Below are positions 52,610 to 64,000 of a stretch of 64,000 nt of DNA, one piece after another. Location: NCBI RefSeq assembly GCF_009914755.1, contig NC_060929.1; one strand, written 5' to 3'. Positions within the stretch are counted from its first letter, which is position 1. Every line of letters starts with the position of its first letter. A program made the translations under genes and the position numbers. Source of the stretch: the human T2T-CHM13v2.0 reference genome, Homo sapiens. Under the pieces are notes generated by a model that searched no databases, was not told the origin of the DNA, and saw nothing but the letters and a program-made list of their open reading frames with translations.

Positions 52610-53170
52610 TTAGTCATTTATGCTCCAAGACAACGAATGTTCACTGGTTATCTAATATGTGGTGGGAATTGTGGTACATTGCTTTAGGAATACTCCTAAT
52701 CCCTATTCTAATGGACTTCACAGTGCACTGCGAGATACGTATGTGCCAAAATGTAGGATCTGGCAGAGCATGAAACAAGGAAGTTGAATAAGTTCACTAT
52801 GATTGAAGGTGGAGTTTGGGAGTAAGAATGTTGATACATTATTTTGAAGCATAGACAAAATCTAGATTTATGAAGTCCTTATGAACAACCATGTTGAAAA
52901 AATCTGATTTTATTCCAAACACAGTCATAAATGGAAGTCACTGCACATTTTCAGGGGACTAACATAATTTTGTGTGTGTGTGTGTGTGTGCACATGCTTG
53001 ATGAAGACCCTTTGACTGCAGGTTGGAGAATTAATTTAAGAGTTAAAGCATGAAGGTCTCACTCTGCTTAACTTACTGGATCAGTAAAGGAAGTGGGAGG
53101 TGATGGTGTCCTGGAATAGTAATAGTGGGGTTGGTAAGGAATGAACTGAATCTAGAGTTACACGGTTCTT
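52610..53170 (-). mobile_element. L2 fragment
   Basis: Degenerate L2 3'-region motifs (ccctattctaatggacttcacag; tgattttattcc...ggaagtcactg). Confidence 0.5.
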
Positions 53171-54224
53171 AAATACGCAAGAATGTGAAGACTTTCATCC
53201 CATTTTCCTCTATGTCTAACACATTCCCTAAAACAAATTGTTTTGTTATAGTCTTGTTTGTTACACATTGTGCCTAACTTACAATAAGTCCTCAATAAAT
53301 ATTACCTATATAATGGGGGAAAGGGTATTTATTCGAGGATCTTTTTTTTATTCGCTGTATAATATAGAGACACATAATTTTATTGTGCATTCATAAAATA
53401 AAGCAAAGATGAAATGTGATAATGCAGGTAAACGACTTAGGCCTACACTTAGCTTATACAGAGAGATCAAAATTCCAAGATCTAGCCTAATAAGTGAGAT
53501 GGGCAGTTGCCTCTTTAATCCTTTTCTGTAATAATACTTTATTCCAAGTTTATACTGACACTCTTCTTCAGCAACCTCAGAAAAAAAATTCTAAGTGTCA
53601 AAAAATAACCGTGTGTGAAAAATAAAACGAGTAATAGAAGTCAAAACGGACTCTGGGGGATGTAGTTTCCATGAAGAAATTTGCAGTTCTAAGCCTAGTT
53701 GACATACATATAAGAAGATGGATAAATATACCAGCGGAACTGCAGTGTCTCATGAACTACAGAGTATCAAAGAAATATGAAGATCCTGAAAAGTAGGGTT
53801 ATCTTAATCCTTAAAGGTTTAAATACAGCACAGCTACAAATGAGAAAAACTACTAGAGAAGAGAAGTAAGAAGAGAGATCCTCATGCTAATTTGTCCTTT
53901 CTCTTAGATCTGAAAGGCAATTTAACCAGCAAGCCAGTTGACTAAAGTGCGTCAATACAGCTCATTTTGTTTGTGGTTAATCACGTGGTCTGAATAGATG
54001 TTATTATACCTTATGTAATAATGAGTGAAATTTATCAAGATGCAGCAAGCTAACCAGTCATGTTGGTAAAGGAGTTCCCAGAATAATTAAAAAGAAACAT
54101 TAGTAAAATGTAGGTGACAAAATATTTCTGAGTAGAACAATTTTACTGTTTTTAATTTTTGTTGAACAAAAGTCTTATAAAGTATGACTTTATTTTAGCC
54201 CATGATCATACACCCTGTACACAC

Positions 54225-55068
54225 CCCAAGCTCAAGGTAGAACCTGAATCAAAGATTTGAATGCAGTTAGCTTATTTCCAAAGTGGTGATGGGAAGCAAG
54301 AATGAGGAATGCAAAAATGGAACAGGGAGAAACAAAAAATCAATTTAATAACGAGCTATTGAGGACGATGTTATGGTCGAAATATTTGTGTCCATCCAAA
54401 ATTCATATGTTGCAACCTAATCCCCAATGTGGCGCTGTCAAGACATGGGGACTTGGGAGGTAATTAGATCACGTGACCTCTGCCCTCCAAAAAGACATTA
54501 ATGCCCTTAGAAAAGGGGCCTGAGGGAGCTTGTTTGCCCCTTCTGCCAGGTGACAAATACAGCTGGAAGGTGCCTCCTATGAAGCAGAGAATGAGCCCTC
54601 ACTAGACACCAAATCTAGCACCTTGTTCTGGGACTTCTCAGCCTCCAGAACCGTGAACAATACAATTTGGTTGTTTATAAGTTACCAAGTCAAGGATATT
54701 TTGTTATAGCAGCCAAAGTAAATTAAGAGAAAAGACTTAAGAAGAAGTTGATCTCCAATTTGGCAACTAGTGTTTAATCCTGTGAGACATATTGTGGAGC
54801 ATTTGGAAATGAATCTCAGAAGTGTGCATGGCATTGGGGGTTTTAAAGGGAGCGTTTATCCATTCTCCAGCATCCTTCAATGATCACGTGTGGCATTTAA
54901 AGGGTACACGTGTGAATGGCGATTGTCCCACATGAAAAAGTCCTAAGGCTGTGATCAAAAGGCCCTGAGGCTAGATGCTGGCGAGTAAACCTGCTCAGAA
55001 CTAGTCACTTCAGCAGTGGCTGCTGAGGCTAGAAGGATTTGAGTGATATCCTAGAGGTGTCCAATACA
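54225..55068 (-). mobile_element. LTR16C-like ERVL LTR interrupted by an MLT1A
   Basis: caaagatttgaatgcagttagcttattt...ggaagcaag and, after the insert, tggcaactag...gcgtttatcca...ccaataca. Confidence 0.6.
54369..54730 (+). mobile_element. MLT1A/MLT1A1-like MaLR solo LTR
   Basis: tgttatggtc...ccaaaattcatatgttg...ggacttctcagcctccagaaccgtga...ttttgttatagcagcc. Confidence 0.88.
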
Positions 55069-55416
55069 GTCTCGTCCATAGAACTACAGAGGCAAAATAT
55101 TGAGCCGTAAGAATGAGGAACATAGCCTGTAAGTTTTCAGTGATAGAGAAGATTTTCTTCAAATAGTTCAAAATTTGCCTGCCTCCAACACATAAACTAT
55201 AATAAATATCTCAGTAATGGAAAGAGCTTTCACTCTATTTTATTTTATTTTTTCGGAAAATGTTATCAAACAATTATTTTATTCCCAGCAAGTTCATAAA
55301 GTTTGTTTTTGTTGTAATAATTGCTGTTCTTTTTAGAAAACAGATAGAAAGGTATTCTTATATGAGAAAGGGTTCATACATCATTAGAGCTGTATATCAT
55401 TATGGAAAACTGAAGT

Positions 55417-55505
55417 TATTTTCCAGCCAAACAAAGTAGAATAAAAAAGGAGCTAAAACATACTTTCCAGCCAAGCAAAGTAGAATACAAAAAGGAGCTA
55501 AAACA
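55417..55505. repeat. 44-bp tandem duplication
   Basis: ta(t/c)tttccagccaa(a/g)caaagtagaata(c)aaaaaggagctaaaaca occurs twice. Confidence 0.95.
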
Positions 55506-56574
55506 ATGAGGAATAGAAGTTATATAAAAACCTGGCAGTCAATACCATACATAGTGACCAAGAGAACCCTGTAGAATCTTACCTTCTCATTTTATCAAGA
55601 TAGAATACTACAGCCCCACTCTTTATTTTCTAACACAGTCCATCTGTTAATTTCGTTTCTAAAACTATTTTCTTAAAAATAATAATAATAGATTAATTAT
55701 TCTTATTCTCTATGAAATTATAATGACCATGAGGATGAAAAGTATATATTGTCTTTACTATTTTATAGTCAAGGCCGTGTTTATTGTGTCAAATCATATG
55801 CACCCAGTATATGTTTATTGAACTAATTCATTTATTAACTTCCAACTAATGGCAAAGGAAAGTGAATTGTATTCCTAAACAGCATAAATACATGTTCCAT
55901 TAACCCAAAGTTTCTTTGAATTTGCTTAATCTGTTTTAGAAATGCAAGTACATTTAGAATTTTATTACCCACTATATCCATGTTTATAATTATTAATCAA
56001 AACAATGGTTTAATTTGTTTATCAGAAATAGGAGATAAACCTCTCTCTTGCTCTAGAGAGATGGCAAATGTTTGCTAAACAAGAATTTTTCACTCCTCCA
56101 ATCTGTGTGTTTCTTTTTAGAAAAATAATGAAAGTTTAAAAATATAATATGAACTTAATGTTTTACCACACAAATTAACACTTCTGAATAACTGTTTGAT
56201 ATGTTATTAGCAAGCCTTTCAAATAGAGTTTTCAAGTTTGAGAAATCAAAATTTCAAGGTCCACTGTCTCTTCCCCTGTAGATTATGATGAGATACGGTC
56301 TGTCACACTTCAGACTCATAAGGTCCTAATCCCTTGCCTGACAATAAGAAAATGTTTTGATAGATTTTAGCTTTTAGCAATATGTAAAAGACTGCAATTT
56401 AGAAATTTTAAAGTTTGAACTCGAAGTGTAAGAATCACCTAGTTTCTGGCTAGTGAGTCTTTTCCTATTTCCTTCCTGGTTATTGTAGATGGGTAGATTC
56501 TTAAGGAAGCCTAATTTAAATTCTGAATGTTAGCATACTGCCACATGCCACCCCCCATTAAAACCTACATACTT

Positions 56575-56698
56575 AGCCAGGCATGGTGGTGCATGCCTGT
56601 AGTCCAGCTACTCAGAAAGCTGAGGTAGGAGGATCACTGCAGCCCAGGAGTTAGAGACAAAGCCTGGGCACCACACACAGACACTGTCTCTAAAAAAA
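56575..56698 (+). mobile_element. FLAM-like Alu monomer
   Basis: Single monomer joining cctgtagtccagctactc directly to gcccaggagttagagac...agcctgggca. Confidence 0.8.
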
Positions 56699-58009
56699 TC
56701 ACACACACACCCCTAAATATCTAATCATCCAAATGACTTAAAAAGTATAGGGTATTGCATAACCTCAACCAAATATATACCTGTTACTCCTGTGTAACAC
56801 ACCAGCCCTTTCAAATGCACCGACATATACTGATATAATGGAGTTAAAACAAGCCACCTCTTCTCCACCCAATACCCTCCATAATAAGAACTCATTGTAA
56901 ACTTTATCCTTATTCCTGCCATCTCCTTACTCTCCCCAAAACAGGGAACTCTTCCTCATTTTTTTCCTCTTTTTAATGGTCAATTTATCAGAGCCAAGAC
57001 TTGCTTTACATGGAATTTTCATATTTTATGATGTTTTAAGAACATAGGGACCCACTAATTGTCTCCTCAAGATCATTATCTAACTCAATAAGAAAATTTT
57101 ATTATTATTATGATAACGTGAGTTTAACTCTATTTTATTAAGCAATAAAAATCTCATAAATCAGTGTTTCAAAACAATTAAATTTAACAAAATCACATTT
57201 TACTTTTATTGGTCTATTGCAAACTTTAAAAAGTAGTATGTATCTCATTGCCATTTGTGCATATGTTATACATTATGTGCAGGAGTATATTTTTCTTGGT
57301 TTAATCAGATTATCATAATTAATTTTTTTGTTTTTTTGTACAACCAACATGTATGAATTTGATATCAAAAAATGGTTATTATGTCACTAATTATAAAATC
57401 TTGTGACCTCATAAGAAATAACTACAGTCACTCAATGTCTCTATTGCATGTGTATGTATGCGTAGTGTAAGTTTATGGAGTCATCACCTCATACCGCCTG
57501 TGAAGTTAAACTTGTTGTTAATACATATTCTGTAATACTAAATAAAGTCACATGTGGATGATTTCTTCATGACTGATGCTTAAAACTACTTGCAAGAAAA
57601 ATTTGAAGGGACATGTAGATTCCTCTCAAGAACTTTCGTGTAGTGATTCCATTCGTAATCTGATCGCCATATGGTAAGTGGTAACTTTAGAGAAGATATT
57701 GTGCTGAATCCATCATTCCCTTGCAATTTATGTACTTTGCATCTTTCAGTAATTTGTGTAGAGAAAAAAATACATGAATTTCTTAAATCCAATTATAATA
57801 TTAATTGCCATACAGACAAAATGCTGAACTTGTTGGTGTAAAATGATCCTAGATCACACTGTAAAATGTTCACAGGATAGATTTTCATTTTCATTATCTA
57901 AAAGAAGCAGACATTTGCTTGTGACAAGTTAAGACAATTATTGGAATCCTAAAGCAGGATACAATGTTATTTCAAGACAGATGCACACGGTGCCAGCAGA
58001 CAGATACAC

Positions 58010-58165
58010 ATAGTGGTAAGGTAATGATTATAAACTCCAGGTAACAGAAGTATAAGTAGGTGCCAAAAGGTAGGTAATTGGTCTAATTGCACAGGTGTAT
58101 TTAGTGACAGGGCAGAACTAAAATGCATGTTGCTCTGACTCCATAGCCCATATTCTGCTTTTTTA
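58010..58165 (-). mobile_element. MIR fragment
   Basis: agtgacagggcagaacta...tctgactccatagccca resembles the MIR 5' part in reverse orientation. Confidence 0.5.
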
Positions 58166-59259
58166 CAAGAGTCTCTTGTCATCATTGTGCAACATCAACA
58201 CTTAAATCGATATGAGTACTATCGTCCTCTGTTGATTATTATACAAAATATTTGACAGACATACTTTTTGAATTTAGCTTACACAATGAGAAAGAAAAAA
58301 CACACAAATGCGTATTTAATACAGTTATACAATAGCAATAAAATATACAATATACAGATTTGAGGGGAAAGCAATATGTGTCTTATGGGGAGATAAATTT
58401 TTTTGATATGTCATAAAGATTAAATTAAAAGGTATTTAGAAATTGGGTGTCTAGCTGTTTAGTTCTACTATAGGTACAATAGTAAAGAGGCAACAGCATA
58501 GAAAGTAATTTATTGAAGGTGATAATACCATTTTGAAAATGCATGAAAGCATTTTAAAATTTGTTACTTAATTAATTTCTACACTATACGCGGTCCAGGT
58601 AAACCTAATTAATTACTCCTCCTCTCTAATGAATTCTATCTAATTAGAATTTCATTTAATAGACATATTATTCAAGTGGGAATAAAAATATCATCTTATA
58701 TCTACTATAGCTGGAGAGGGTAACTTGTTTCCTACGTAGGGATAAAAATTGTATTAAAAATCTATATAGAGGAATAAAATAATCCTTATTCTCTCCTTCA
58801 ACACTTATGACAGATAAACAGATGAAGAATAAGCCCCCATGATGGGTGGATCAATGTTGGGCTTCATGCTGGCAGTGAGTAGGAAAGTAGTAGGAATTCC
58901 TGCCTCAGGGACCTTAAATATCCGAAAAGAAAAAAAAAAAAAGGAATGGTTTGGATCTACCCCAAAGCTCCACCATAAACATAATAGAAACAATCAGGCT
59001 GCACACTTGCAAGGTCAATGCTATCATATCTTCTGAAATATCTGCTTCAGAATAAAATTGCTTCAAATGAGCCAGCCGAGGTGCTTGAACTAGGAAACGT
59101 ACCCAAGGTAACCATATCAGATAATTGTCTGACAGTTTGGTAAATATCAATGGAATTTGCTGAGACCCCAGAAGAAAATGAAATTGGTGAGTTTTGATAA
59201 GCCTTAGAATGAGAAGTTTACATTTCATCAGACATTTTGCCTTTTTTATTTAATAAAAA

Positions 59260-59480
59260 ATATAGTGAACACTTGTCTGCTTACTAAGGGCTAGGAATAT
59301 TTAATTTTTACACCAGCTTTATAAACTAGTTACTACTGGGGTCACCTTTTTTAAAATTAAAGATCAGGAGTTTGGAGGGGTTAAACTCCTTGTCCAAAGT
59401 CTTTAGAGCAATTAATATTGATGAAGCTTTTGTTGCAATTCAAACCAACTGAATTTAGGGACCATGATGTTCATCATCAT
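59260..59480 (-). mobile_element. MIR fragment
   Basis: ggaggggttaaactccttgtccaaagtc resembles the MIR core in reverse orientation. Confidence 0.5.
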
Positions 59481-60219
59481 GTAATATAATTATTAAGATA
59501 CAACACATTATTGAATAATGTATTAGAATTTAATATATTTATTTTAAAATAATATAATTACTTCTAATATATTATTTGAAATAATGAGATAATAGTTCCA
59601 TTTACATTCAATTTCATGCTAAAGATCTAAAAGATAAGGCATTATGATTTCTCACAATCTTGAACTTGTTATTAGCAGGACTTCTCATAAGAATAAGTTG
59701 CTTAAATTCATATTTCTAGGGATAATTTTATTAACATATGTTACCAGAAATATAGTATAATTATGTTTTTTACCTGCTATTAGAAGCCATACACTTGTCT
59801 GGGTATTAGTATCACAACATTATTCATTTCTCCATTGTGGGATAAAAGGAAATGTACCATAACTATATCTATGACATAGTCATAACATTGCACTAGTAGA
59901 GAGTGTGTGAAATTAATGTATGTAATCAAAATTTAATGACTGAACTAAATGATAATAAATAACCAATCTAGGTAAATCTGTTAACTTAAAAAGTGTTATG
60001 TTAAAAATAGATAAGCATATTTTTAAATAGCATGCAAACATAGTTTGCATGCAATACCAAAATGATGATTTAACATCTTAACAAACAATAACAAAACAGC
60101 AGTTATATATTTTGAATATGGTCATTTTGAAGAAAAGTACAAAGGATGCATATAAATATAATTACTTTATTATAAACAGCCATAGGTCTTCATATTGTCA
60201 CAGTATTAATTGTATTATG

Positions 60220-61500
60220 TCACCGTTACCCTGGTATAATTATTAATAGTGCTAAATTTACTCCAGAATTTTGCAGAAATGCAACAGACTTTTGAAAAGC
60301 AGATAATTTCATTGACCTCAAACTATTCCAGAGTATAGAAAAAGAAGGGAAACCTCTACATTTGTTTTATGATGAGAATATAAAATTGTTTTCCAAAATG
60401 GACAAAAAGTACCCCCAATCAAAAACATATACCAAATTCTTTTATGAGCTTCAATTTAAAAATATTAAATAAACAACATAGAATGAAGATAACACACAGA
60501 AAAAATAAAAATTTTAAAGATGCTGACTTTACACCAACTAAAAATTCAAAAATTTCAATGCTATTAACTATTTTAAAGTAATTGATCATAACACTATAAT
60601 AAGAAAAATGCATATGATAATCTTACAAATTATAAATAAATGAAGAATATCAATTTACAGTAAAAGCACTGAAAATATTAATTGATGAAATATTATACTT
60701 TGAACCAAAATCTTCTATCTTATTTAATGGAAACACAAAAAGCTTTTCTGCTAAAGTCAAATATAAAATGACCTCTCTTTCTGCTATTATTTAAAATAAT
60801 GTGGAAGACATTATTCAATGCAATTAGACAAAATAAAAATATTAGAGGACAGAATTGAAGAAAAATAAGAATTGGAGACAATGTGATATAATTTCATATC
60901 TGGAAATTCTACATAAATCAGTGGGTGAACTACCGTGAAAAACAGGAAAGCTTACTAAAGTATAGCAATAAAATGTGCACAATGAGTAGTTTACATACAT
61001 GAAAACAAAAGACTATAAAAATTAAATTATAGGGAAAACCCTTATTTACAATAAAATCCATAACAATAAATAATTTGGGAGTAAAACTAGAAATAAATAA
61101 ATTGAAAGTAAATGCTTATGTCTGTAGAACTGAATCACACAAAAAAATAGATGTGAAAACATGATGAAAATACATAGTGTGTTTGGATAGAAGTAATTTG
61201 CACAATAAATACTGCATTTTTTTCTAAGTTAATTTACAAATTTAAGCAACTCTAAATAAAAGACATTCATTTTCCTTCCTCTCCTGTAGTTATTAAAATT
61301 AATTACAAAGTTCATTTTTAGTCACATAGAAGCAAAGACAGCCTAAAAGCTGGGAAAAAATAGAAATGAGAAAGCATTACTTCTCTGAGACATAAAATAT
61401 ACTATTAAGCCTCTATAATTCAGAGAATTTGGTATTGTCACATATGTAGAAATACATTCCAACAAAACCAAGTAGAAAATCCAGGAAAGGACAACATTAC
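60220..61500 (+). mobile_element. Ancient L1ME ORF2 fragment
   Basis: aaactattccagagtatagaaaaagaaggga, aatgcaattagacaa and other decayed ORF2 landmarks in order. Confidence 0.65.
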
Positions 61501-61559
61501 ACTCCAGACTATTGTTATATACAATGTTTTAAATATAATTTAAAATGACATAACAGCAG

Positions 61560-64000
61560 TTTTCACTGTGATATGTAAAAAGCCTGAAAATCACCACTTC
61601 CACACTCAGATGAAAAACCTGAAAACTTAAAATAAGCAACTACATGCATCAGAGAATTTAAGTCAAAGGGCAAACTGTCACCCAGAAAATTTGAGAGACA
61701 AGCAAACACAGAAAAATCATAATTTATAAGGAGCAGAAGCTGCAGGAGCCAGTAAATATTAGGAATACTTAAACAGATACCAATAAGTTGCCATAACCCG
61801 AGTGTGCCGTAACCCAAGTGTGCTGTAGCTACAGAGTTAAATTCCTATGAGCCAGTCTAAGACGAGCCCTGACAGTTTCAATAGTTTTCCCTGTAGAAAT
61901 GCTGCATGGTTCTCACTGTGAAGATCAGAAAAAAACCCTCTCCCTAGTTCCTTACTCCCCTCTCCCCTGTACTTAGGGGCAGGGAAAGAGAAAACATAAC
62001 CATCTTATAAAATTCCCCAGTGGAAAGTAGTCATTTTGAAATTCATCATATCCAAGTATACCTGGAACACTTAAAACTCAGCAACAAGAAAACTGACCGT
62101 TCACTTAATAAAGTGGGCAAAATGTTAGAACAAACAACTCACTAAAGAAGATCTAAAGATGACAAGTAAGCTTATGAAAAGATAGTGATTATGTGCCCTT
62201 AAGCAACTACATATTGGGAATTTCACTCTTCACTCCAGCAGTTTGGAAGTCACCATGCCATGCTATCTACAAATGGAAGCCTCAACAAGCTAAAAAAAAG
62301 TAACAACTCTTTTTATATTGCTCAAATAAATGAGGTCACAGGAGGAAAAACGGAAAGACAGATAGGCAGATACAGAAAATCAGAATTTTTCAGAGCATAA
62401 ACCAGTGAATAAAAACTGCAGGAACCAGTACCTGGGCAGAAAAGCTTGAGCTATAATTGATGAATTGCTGGAAGCTCAGGTTGGCTAAGTCTGTAAGTTA
62501 AAACTTCAGTGCAAGAGTGGTGCAGTGGGGTGGAGGTGGGGGGCAAGCACACTTTTGTGAATTTTGCTTTCTGGAGCTCTACTAGGTTCTCACAGTGAAT
62601 ATTGATGAAAATTCCCTAGTAGAAAAAGGGGAAAATAATCATCCTGAAATATGCCACATCATTTTTTCTTAACTAGGCCTGGCTTCAAAAGAAATTATTT
62701 CATCAGAGCCTACTGAGATTTTGTCAAAGCCTAACCAACCTGGAGGAAGAGACATATCCAACTCCAGCCCCCTCTAGCCAACTTGTCTCACCTAAAAGTG
62801 GGGTCTAATAAGCACTTGTGCAGGTCACAGCTCAGAGGCATAGGCTCACTAAGTGACTGAGACCTAATCATAGAAATACAGAATGCTTCCCCTCTCACAC
62901 CTTCCCACCACATCACTAAGGTCTATTTATTAGTGTTTCTTTCACCCATAAACTCTAAGTAAGAAGTTTCTTTCAACCCTGTTTATTAGAGTTTCTTTCA
63001 CCATGTCCAGTTTTCAATGAAAAAATTACAAGGCATATTAAAAGACAAAATCACAGTGTGAAAAGAAAGAGCAAGAATTAGAACCAGATTCAGATATGGC
63101 AGGACTGCTGGTATTTTCAGACCTTGAGTTTAAAGCAACTATAATTAATATGCTAAGAGCTCTAATGAAAAACAGAAAACATGCAGAACAAATGGGTAAT
63201 ATCTTAATCCATTCTCTGCTGCATTTATAGAATACCACTGACTGTGTAATTTATTTTAAAAAAAGAAAAAGAGCAGAGAGTTTTTTTTTTTTTTTTGACT
63301 CACAGTTTGGAGGCTGGGAAGTCCAAGATTGAGGGGCCAAATCCGATTAGGGCTTTCTTGCTGCTTCTTAACATAGAGGAAGGCATCAGATGGTGAGAGG
63401 AGGTGAGAGAGGGTGAGAGCACAATAAACAGAGAGAAAAGGGAGGCCAGACTCTCACAATAACTAACCTACTCAAGAGATGACAGCATTAATCCATTCAT
63501 TAAAGCAGAACTCTTATAACCTAATGACCTGTTAAAAGCTCCATGTGTTGATATCATCACAATGCCAATTAAATTTCCACATGAGTTTTGGAGGTGACAG
63601 TTTGTAAGCAGAGAGATTAAATTCTAAGAATGAAGCAAAAAGAAATCAAAAACGCTGTAACAGAAATAACACTTTTGATGGATTCATTAGGGGACTGGAT
63701 GTGGATGAAGAAAGAATCTCTGAGTTTGAAAAAATGTCAATATTAATGTCAAACATTGAAAAAAAAGACACTAAAAAAAAGAACAGAATATTCAATAACC
63801 ATCTACTAAAGATATATGCATGATTAAGTTATCAGAAGAAGTAGAAGAGAAAGAAACAAGATAAACAATTGAGGCAATATTGACTGAGAATTTCTCCAAA
63901 TTAATGTTAGACCCCAAACGACAAATCAAGAAAGCCCCAGTGATCAGGAAACACCACAGATTCTGGAAGTTCCCTGGTGATCCAGGGAACACCAGGCAGG
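61560..64000 (+). mobile_element. Old L1M (MC/MD-type) 5' UTR and ORF1 sequences, at least two copies
   Basis: Related 5' UTR text at about 61560-62045 and 62220-63000. ORF1-like sequence to the window end (gactgagaatttctccaaattaatgttagac). Confidence 0.65.
63200..63603 (-). mobile_element. MSTD-like MaLR LTR inserted in L1 ORF1
   Basis: ggaggctgggaagtccaagattgagggg...gcattaatccattcat...aattaaatttccacatgagttttggagg; splits L1 atgggtaa|gtaagcagagaga. Confidence 0.8.

Noticed and set aside
60030-60052. 10-bp inverted repeat GCATGCAAAC-ata-GTTTGCATGC with octamer-like halves
   Set aside because: Short enough to arise by chance in 64 kb, and ATGCAAAC is not the canonical octamer.

Overview
Human-type, AT-rich, non-coding genomic DNA; a near-pristine AluYa5 at 23970 points to the human lineage. 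No protein-coding gene, structural RNA gene or CRISPR array can be supported. The ORFs with recognisable homology are decayed L1 ORF1/ORF2, ERV-L gag, MaLR internal ORF, hAT transposase or Alu translations, and the rest look like chance ORFs. A large part of the window is transposon-derived: L1s of many ages (one 5'-inverted L1PA), nine Alu/FLAM copies, an internally deleted ERV-L provirus, a two-LTR THE1D element, many solo LTRs, a Tigger7/MER44, a MADE1, hAT relics, and MIR/L2 fragments. Family names come from remembered consensus sequences, not a database search, and boundaries of old elements are approximate. The structures least explained by the repeat catalogue are two young 35-bp fold-back hairpins (52022-52097 perfect; 32851-32939 at the broken end of the THE1D 3' LTR). 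Also notable are several microhomology-type rearrangements and two candidate enhancer motif clusters (about 16.85 kb and 54-55 kb). I cannot demonstrate a new biological system from sequence alone; the hairpins are the best leads.
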